From: Oscillospiraceae bacterium
GTDB lineage: Bacteria; Bacillota; Clostridia; Oscillospirales; Oscillospiraceae
NCBI GenBank assembly: GCA_030625685.1
Contig: DAOUQJ010000004.1
Location: 7,028-71,027, forward strand
Reading direction: 5' to 3'
DNA length: 64,000 bases
The notes below the pieces were generated by a model. The model saw only the letters and a program-made list of their open reading frames with translations. It was not told the origin of the DNA and searched no databases. How positions within the stretch are numbered: the first letter of the stretch is position 1; each line of letters opens with the position of its first letter. Shown here piece after piece: positions 57,632 through 64,000 of the stretch. Made by a program: the position numbers and the translations under genes.

Positions 57632-60310
57632 TTATTTTGACAACACTTTTGCAATGAATACTGAAACAACATTGGGATCAAACTGTTTTCCAGCACAACT
57701 TTTAAGCTCAACAATCGCTTCTTCTTGCGTCATCGGTGCTCGATAAGGTCTTTCCGTTGTCATAACATCAAAAGCATCCGCAACTGAAATAATCCTAGAC
57801 TCTAATGGAATCTCGTCCCCTTTCAGTCCTTTGGGATATCCTCTGCCATCATAACGCTCATGGTGTGAAAGAACAACATCTGAAATGTCTTTATATTCCA
57901 CCGTATTTTCCAAAATACGTGCGCTCTTGGCAGGATGTGATTTCATAATTTCCCATTCATCATCTGCCAATGAATTAGGCTTATTTAGAATGCTCTCATT
58001 GATGCCAATTTTTCCGATATCATGAAACAGCCCAGCCACACGAATTCGATTGATTGCCACTTCATCCAAATTCATTTTTAGGGCTATCGTTTCACATAAA
58101 AGGCTTACGCGTGCCGAGTGCTTCTGTTCTCTTTCACTCTTTTCAAACAGTGTCATCATAATTGCCTTGATTGTTTTGCTTTTCATACTTCTACTATTGT
58201 AGAATTTTCTTCGATACATGAAGACGCCAGCTTCCTTCATCAAGGTATCCAAAGAATCGCCATGATTCTTTTGCATAGCATATCCAAAGGAAATGGATAA
58301 GCCAATGGATTTTCGTCTATCTTCAGTGTTAACAACACGTTCTCTATTGATAGAATCTAAATTTTGAATGAGTCTTTGCACTTCTTTTTCGTTGGTGCCT
58401 GTCATTAAGATTGCAAATTCATCGCCACCGATTCTTGCAACGACCTCACCTTCTCGAAGAAAAGAATTAATTCTTTGCGCAGTCTCTTTGAGCATTTCAT
58501 CGCCGACGGTATGTCCGAATGAATCATTGATGAGTTTGAGCCCATTCAAATCACCAAGGATAATCGCCAATGGGAAATGCTCCGATCTATTTTTTTTGTC
58601 AAACTCCAATTCCAAATATCGCCGATTGTTGATCGCCGTTAGATGGTCATGATACGCCAATTTCTTGATTTCTTTTAAGGCATCTTCGCGATCTGTAACA
58701 TCAAAAATTATGGAACACAGCGCACTCTGATTGTCATACTCAATTTGAGAAGAAAACACATCCACCATTTTAATTTCACCACTTTTTAACCGATGTGGAA
58801 ATGTAAAATGTTGTTGTTCTTTTACCAGTGCCTTCGTCAATGACTCTCGAACGGTATCTTCGTCAAGCATATTTAATTTTGCAATATTCATACTGCGTAG
58901 TTCTTGGATAGAATATCCATAAAACTCAATTGCAGCAGGATTTGCATCCAAAATCGTACCTGATATTGGATCCACGACTAAAATATTTGCATGTGTTCCA
59001 TTGATCATCGCATTAAAATGTGACAACTGTTTGTCTTTTTCGTCTGACACACGCTTTTTCTCTGTGATATCAAGGCCTATTGCATAAAATGTAAAATAAT
59101 TGCCTTGCTGATCAAACACAGCCGTACCGCGCCATTCAATCCATTTAACATGCCCAGCAACTTGAATGCTGTGTGTATACGTCGCATATGGTTTGTCTAT
59201 TGTTAGGTTCAAATATCGGTTGCTTACTTCGGCTCTTTCTTCCGATGGAATAAAGTCTTGAATGCTTCTACCCAAAAGCTGTTGAGGTGTTTTTCCAAAA
59301 TAATCGCAACAAGCTTCATTGACAAATGTCATTTTTCCATCTGTTTGAAACTCACAAACCAATGCAGACAGCGCATTGAAAATAATCTTATATTTCTGTT
59401 CTTCAACCTGAATTCGTTCAATCAAATCTTTTTGCTTATGAACGCTCCAACCACTTTGCAGTAATATCATCACCTGATTGGCATCAAAATCGCTATACTC
59501 ATGCGAATTATTGGCCAAATCAACTACCGCCACAACTTGCTCATTAACGATAATTGGCAGGGACATATGATATTTATATTGATGATAGGGTTTTGTAAAA
59601 TAACTGGGTTTTTGTGAACTGTTAAAAATAATGTAGTTTTTTTCCACAACAACCTTTTGCCACACGTGTCTCATGCTATCTTGTAGCGTGCTTTGATCGT
59701 TACTATTCTGTATTTGCAATGCAACTTCGTTACCATTGGATGTGATGCGAAATTCCTCTAATGTCTCATCATATAAACATAGATTGACGAATTCACTACT
59801 CGTAAGTTCGAGTGTTTTTTGTTGAATGTACATTAAAAATTCATTTTGATCGTCAAACCGTACGCTGTAAATATCCAACAGTATCTCCTGTCTTTTCACA
59901 ACGCTTTCGTTTTCTAGCATCTTTGTTTCAATGTTTATTTTTTCAGTCATATTTTCAAAAGTGCTTACAAAATAACCTTTTTCTGTTGAAAATGAATTTA
60001 CCTTATAATAGCTGTTATTGTGTGTTTGAAATATTTCAAACACCATTTTTCTGCCGTCCATCGCCACACGAGAAAACTTTAAAAGTCTCCAATTGAGCTC
60101 TTCTGATTTCATCTTAGGAAGGATTTCTGTAACTCGTTTTCCGATGATATCCGAAGCGCGAAGTTGCATCTCTTCTTCAAACGCTGGATTGACTTCTAGA
60201 ATTATGTAGTCATAAGGAACCCCTTGCTCATCTACTAACAGCTGGTTGAGTGAATACGCAAGCGGCAAATTCATTATGATATCATCTGATATTCTACGCT
60301 TCATTTTCAA
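57632..60310 (-). CDS. Multidomain c-di-GMP signalling protein (PAS/GAF sensors, GGDEF, HD-GYP)
   Basis: RIGGDEFAIL (an intact GGDEF), HDIGK and HHERYDGRGYPKGL (HD-GYP), and N-terminal PAS-like repeats. Confidence 0.85.
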   Translation of the reverse strand: MKMKRRISDDIIMNLPLAYSLNQLLVDEQGVPYDYIILEVNPAFEEEMQLRASDIIGKRVTEILPKMKSEELNWRLLKFSRVAMDGRKMVFEIFQTHNNSYYKVNSFSTEKGYFVSTFENMTEKINIETKMLENESVVKRQEILLDIYSVRFDDQNEFLMYIQQKTLELTSSEFVNLCLYDETLEEFRITSNGNEVALQIQNSNDQSTLQDSMRHVWQKVVVEKNYIIFNSSQKPSYFTKPYHQYKYHMSLPIIVNEQVVAVVDLANNSHEYSDFDANQVMILLQSGWSVHKQKDLIERIQVEEQKYKIIFNALSALVCEFQTDGKMTFVNEACCDYFGKTPQQLLGRSIQDFIPSEERAEVSNRYLNLTIDKPYATYTHSIQVAGHVKWIEWRGTAVFDQQGNYFTFYAIGLDITEKKRVSDEKDKQLSHFNAMINGTHANILVVDPISGTILDANPAAIEFYGYSIQELRSMNIAKLNMLDEDTVRESLTKALVKEQQHFTFPHRLKSGEIKMVDVFSSQIEYDNQSALCSIIFDVTDREDALKEIKKLAYHDHLTAINNRRYLELEFDKKNRSEHFPLAIILGDLNGLKLINDSFGHTVGDEMLKETAQRINSFLREGEVVARIGGDEFAILMTGTNEKEVQRLIQNLDSINRERVVNTEDRRKSIGLSISFGYAMQKNHGDSLDTLMKEAGVFMYRRKFYNSRSMKSKTIKAIMMTLFEKSEREQKHSARVSLLCETIALKMNLDEVAINRIRVAGLFHDIGKIGINESILNKPNSLADDEWEIMKSHPAKSARILENTVEYKDISDVVLSHHERYDGRGYPKGLKGDEIPLESRIISVADAFDVMTTERPYRAPMTQEEAIVELKSCAGKQFDPNVVSVFIAKVLSK

Positions 60311-60787
60311 AACTCCTTATACGACATACGGGTAAATGCCAATGAACCTCTTTTCACTCTCTTTGTGTTGTAACTGTTTCCCAAACTATTTTAATTCAAA
60401 CCTTAAAATAATTGCACACAAACAAAGCACATTTGTAAGATTGAGAACTTTCCTTAGAATTTTTCAGAAATGTACCCATTATATCTTAAAATGTAGGATC
60501 AGAAATATTATAGCATATAAACAACATAAAACAACATATTTTGGAATATTCATGCAAAAATTATAGCATTTTTTTCAAAATATCATTCTATACTACCATA
60601 TTTTCTCTTTCTAAAAAATCTGATATCTCACTGTTAATCAGAAGAATCGCCTTTTTCTTTTCAATTCCCTTCACAAATTTAAAAGGGCTTGGTTTAGATT
60701 TTTGAAAAGCCTAATGATTTGATGTATCTTCATCCTTCTATCGAAATTGACTTTTTACACACACTTAAATAGACACTTGGATAACAA

Positions 60788-61177
60788 GGTCGGTACCGCA
60801 TTGGCAATTTGGCATTCTTCTCTTGCATAATAGTCTATGAGCTTGAGTTCTTTTTCGCATGCCATTTCAGTCACTTCTAAAGATGGCATCCCTCCGCAGA
60901 CAATTTGTCCTGGTGATAATCCATCAAAGATTTCTTCTAAGGTATATTCCCTACCGCTAAAAGGTGCATTGAGAGCTCCCTTTTTTAAGACTGGCAAAGG
61001 CAATATGACACAATGCGCCCGTCTGGGATCCATACTGTGTGTATCTTGCATTAGAAACAATGTTTCCAGTGCCACAGTATGTACAGTGTTGCCTTCATTT
61101 TTTAACATATGTGCCAGTTCAACCTGTCGTTGGTCACCGCCAACAATCCAATAATTTCGCTCTCGTTCCAATGGCAC
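60788..61177 (-). CDS. dpaA: dpaA (spoVFA) 5' segment (about 130 codons)
   Basis: NYWIVGGDQRQVELAHML...LIDYYAREECQIANAVPT parallels B. subtilis KIAVIGGDARQLEIIRKL...ERDDIAIYNSIPT. After PT the ORF runs 10 unrelated codons (LLSKCLFKCV*) into the element. Confidence 0.8.
60789..60795. repeat. dpaA junction core GTCGGTA
   Basis: Partner of 44552-44558. Confidence 0.65.
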
Positions 61178-61257
61178 ACACCCCTTTCCTTTTCGTGTTA
61201 CTCCATACTATTCTCTTTTCTAGAAAGAGTGTCTGCCTTACATTTCAATAAAAACGC

Positions 61258-61291
61258 AAAAAAAGAGCAATCTATTAGAATTGCTCTTTTA
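61258..61291. terminator. Bidirectional terminator upstream of dpaA
   Basis: Stem agagcaat/attgctct flanked by AAAAAAA and TTTT. Confidence 0.55.
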
Positions 61292-61297
61292 TCTTAC

Positions 61298-61771
61298 TCA
61301 AAACAATCGTAAACCACCATTTTGAATGAAATCATTGATTCTTTTCCTTGCCTCTGTAAAATCTGTTTGTTCAATAAATGACTGTTCAATTTGTCTTAGA
61401 AACTCTATCATCTCATCAGCTTCATCATCAAAGGTTTTATCTAATTCATACTCTTTGATGACATCTCTAGCAAAATGTTTGGCACTTTTTTCATCATGTA
61501 CTGAGAACAGAAATAGCTCAAACGACCCCAAGCCATCATAGTGATAATAGCCATTATATTGCATCAGATCTTCTGGTTTCATCACCTCGGGACATTGAAA
61601 CTCAGTGGATGGATCATCTCCAAATTCCAAACCACAAGACTGCTCTATCCACGTTTTGATATGTTGTTCAGCATCTTTCACATCTTCAAATGAAAGAAAA
61701 CTGGATACGCTTGTATTTCCTTGATTGACTGCTTGCATACAAAGAAACATTCCATTCTCCCCCTTTGTCAC
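61298..61771 (-). CDS. Hypothetical acidic protein
   Basis: 157-aa ORF overlapping the murB stop by 4 nt, which suggests translational coupling. I recognise no family. Confidence 0.45.
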   Translation of the reverse strand: MTKGENGMFLCMQAVNQGNTSVSSFLSFEDVKDAEQHIKTWIEQSCGLEFGDDPSTEFQCPEVMKPEDLMQYNGYYHYDGLGSFELFLFSVHDEKSAKHFARDVIKEYELDKTFDDEADEMIEFLRQIEQSFIEQTDFTEARKRINDFIQNGGLRLF

Positions 61772-62688
61772 TCTCCGATATATTCTTGTTCTGTTTCTAA
61801 ACGAACGCCCGCCATTTCATACACGCTGTTTTGCACTACTTTGATAAGTTCCAATACATCCTTGCATGTGGCATTGCCTGTATTTACAATAAATCCTGCA
61901 TGCTTTTTCGAGACTTGAGCACCACCAACTGACTTGCCTTTAAGCCCAGCCTGTTCAATCAGCGCTCCCGCAAAATTTCCTGGTGGTCTCTTGAATACGC
62001 TGCCTGCATTAGGATATTCAAGAGGTTGTTTATCCTGTCTACGCTTCTTAAAGTCTGCCATTTTTGCAGCAATCTCTTCTCGATTGCCTGTTTTCAGTTT
62101 CATTTTGGTTTCCAACACATAGTATTGCCCATCTTGAAACACACTATGCCGATATGAAAATTTTGCATCTCCATTCGAAAACGTCATTTCTTCGCCCTCT
62201 TTTGTAAGACACAAAACCTCATCTACCACATCAGACATTTCTCCATCGTAAGCGCCTGCATTCATATAAACTGCACCGCCTAAATTTCCAGGAATGCCAT
62301 GTGCAAACTCTAAACCAGTTAAGTTGTGCTCCAATGCAAAGTTTGCAAGTTGGGTGAGAGAGACACCACTTTCTGCAATGATATAATCTCCAACCTGACG
62401 CATACTGTGCACGCCACCCATATACCGGATGGCGAATCGATTGATTCGAGCATCTGTTACGAGTAGATTTGACCCTTTTCCCATATAAATTGGAGAAATG
62501 CCAAGTTTGTATGCTTGCTTCACACAAACCATGAGTTCTTCTTTATTTTGGGGAAGCGCCATAAGTGCAATTGGTCCACCAATGCGAAAGGTCGTGTGTT
62601 TTTTCATAGGCTCATTTTCACGCAATTCAATATTCTGCGAATGCCTTTTGATTTCCTCTTTTAATGTTGTCATAAGATTCATATACAC
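61768..62688 (-). CDS. murB: UDP-N-acetylenolpyruvoylglucosamine reductase
   Basis: MKKHTTFRIGGP, GKGSNLLV, and GSVFKRP motifs. Confidence 0.9.
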   Translation of the reverse strand: MYMNLMTTLKEEIKRHSQNIELRENEPMKKHTTFRIGGPIALMALPQNKEELMVCVKQAYKLGISPIYMGKGSNLLVTDARINRFAIRYMGGVHSMRQVGDYIIAESGVSLTQLANFALEHNLTGLEFAHGIPGNLGGAVYMNAGAYDGEMSDVVDEVLCLTKEGEEMTFSNGDAKFSYRHSVFQDGQYYVLETKMKLKTGNREEIAAKMADFKKRRQDKQPLEYPNAGSVFKRPPGNFAGALIEQAGLKGKSVGGAQVSKKHAGFIVNTGNATCKDVLELIKVVQNSVYEMAGVRLETEQEYIGE

Positions 62689-62783
62689 CCCTCCTCACTT
62701 ATATCTATACGCAAATGACGCAAAATCGCCACGCAACTATAGTGACGTGGCGATTGCATATCTAATCAGATTGCGAAACTATC

Positions 62784-64000
62784 TTATTGAAAGTCTTCTT
62801 GGATTTGTTCTTCTTGAACTGTATTTTCTGTAAACAGAGCTTCTTGCCCTTCTAGCATGAAAGACTCTTCTGCTGCATCGCCCACTTGTTCAGCATCATC
62901 TTCTGCTCCATTGTGTTTATATATCGCCAAACCAGAACCAGCTGGGATGAGTTTACCAATGATAACATTTTCTTTCAGGCCAAGCAAATTGTCCACTTTG
63001 CCTTTGATTGCTGCTTCTGTAAGCACTTTGGTTGTCTCTTGGAAGGAAGCGGCAGACAAGAATGATTCTGTTGCCAGCGCAGCTTTTGTGATACCCATGA
63101 GCAATCTGGTTGCTTCTGGCAATTGTAATTCAATTCCATTGTTGGTTTCACCTGCATCAATTCTTTCTTGCACTTTACGCACAGCGTCCAAATATTCCAT
63201 ATATTCAACGGTAGAACCTGAAAGCAGTCCAGAATCTCCAGCTTCTTCAATACGCACCTTACGCATCATTTGACGCACAATGATTTCAATATGTTTGTCG
63301 TTGATGTCAACGCCCTGTTGACGATATGGTTTTTGAACCTCTTGAATGAGGTAATTGTGAACAGCTGACAATCCACGTACACGCAAAACATCGTGTGGAG
63401 ACAGAGCACCTTCAGAAAGCTGGTCGCCTTGTTCTACCACATCACCGTCTTTGACACGAATGCCTGAACTATATGGAAGTGCATAGCTCACCATTTCACC
63501 ATCAGCTCCAGTGATATTCACTTCGCAAAGCGTAGCACGTTTGCTTTCGCCTATGCTGACAACACCTGAGATTTCCGCAAGTTGCGCCATTTTCTTTGGT
63601 TTTCTCGCTTCGAATAGTTCTTCAACACGAGGCAAACCTTGCGTGATATCTCCTCCCGCAACACCGCCGGTGTGGAACGTACGCATAGTAAGCTGTGTAC
63701 CAGGTTCACCAATGGATTGCGCAGCAATGATACCAACTGCTTCGCCTTCACCTGTCACTTCACCAATAGCAAGATTCATGCCGTAACATTTAGAACAAAC
63801 CCCACTACGAGCATGACAAGTAAGTACGGAACGAATTTGCACTTCAAAAATATCATGGGCTTCAAGAAGTGCAGCATCTTCATGTGTCATCATTCTATCG
63901 TTGCTGATGAGAACTTCTCCAGTCTTTGGATCAACAATATCATGTACAGGATATCGACCTTTGAGACGATCAGCAAAGGTTTCAATGACTTGCCCACCAT
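62784..64000 (-). CDS. rpoC: DNA-directed RNA polymerase beta' subunit, C-terminal part (gene continues past the window end)
   Basis: [30 protein letters not shown] trigger-loop region. The frame stays open to position 64000. Confidence 0.9.
   Translation of the reverse strand, partial: GGQVIETFADRLKGRYPVHDIVDPKTGEVLISNDRMMTHEDAALLEAHDIFEVQIRSVLTCHARSGVCSKCYGMNLAIGEVTGEGEAVGIIAAQSIGEPGTQLTMRTFHTGGVAGGDITQGLPRVEELFEARKPKKMAQLAEISGVVSIGESKRATLCEVNITGADGEMVSYALPYSSGIRVKDGDVVEQGDQLSEGALSPHDVLRVRGLSAVHNYLIQEVQKPYRQQGVDINDKHIEIIVRQMMRKVRIEEAGDSGLLSGSTVEYMEYLDAVRKVQERIDAGETNNGIELQLPEATRLLMGITKAALATESFLSAASFQETTKVLTEAAIKGKVDNLLGLKENVIIGKLIPAGSGLAIYKHNGAEDDAEQVGDAAEESFMLEGQEALFTENTVQEEQIQEDFQ

Larger units (their letters stand above)
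44554..60790. mobile_element. dpaA intervening element (16,237 bp) carrying two large serine recombinase genes
   Basis: It separates the two co-oriented halves of dpaA. Joining its ends gives CACTtGGATAAC-aaggtc-GG-tagggg-GTTGTCaatAGTG, an imperfect inverted repeat. The 44.55-52.6 kb part is visibly AT-rich. Confidence 0.75.

Noticed and set aside
60755-61177. The 140-aa ORF taken as a complete small gene
   Set aside because: It is the N-terminal ~130 codons of dpaA plus 10 element-derived codons. The matching C-terminal part sits at 44077-44553.

Overview
This window looks like chromosome from a spore-forming Firmicute, probably Clostridia-like, that makes SLH-anchored surface proteins. Most of it is ordinary housekeeping DNA. 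That includes a queD-queE-folE-queC-queF operon behind a preQ1-I riboswitch, murC, pcrA, nadB-nadC-niaR-nadA, and thiC behind a TPP riboswitch. It also includes an ECF transporter cluster, yloU/yloV-like genes, asnA, dpaB, murB and the 3' end of rpoC. The main result is that two mother-cell sporulation genes are each split by an inserted element carrying large serine recombinase (LSR) genes. (1) spoIIID is cut after codon ~38. Its 3' part resumes in frame 7,721 bp downstream. The two junctions share a 12-bp direct repeat, and the inferred circular junction (attP) is a perfect 11-bp inverted repeat around a CA dinucleotide. This element carries the FMN-riboswitch-controlled riboflavin operon, three small enzyme genes and one LSR gene next to the right junction. 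(2) dpaA (spoVFA) is cut after codon ~130. Its 3' part, followed by dpaB, lies 16,237 bp away on the same strand. This element has a visibly AT-rich half and a host-like half. The AT-rich half holds a thymidylate-kinase-like gene with a 2-TM partner, and two divergent paralogous LSR genes, each preceded by a conserved ~48-aa ORF too short for the ORF track. The host-like half holds a c-di-GMP-I riboswitch upstream of a CAP-domain protein, a 1,050-aa SLH/MBG surface protein and a PAS-GGDEF-HD-GYP protein. Both arrangements resemble skin/SPbeta-type developmentally excised intervening elements. I am not aware of spoIIID having been described as a target, and a riboflavin operon as cargo is unusual. 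All homology calls come from reading motifs by eye and recalling family consensus; no database search was run.
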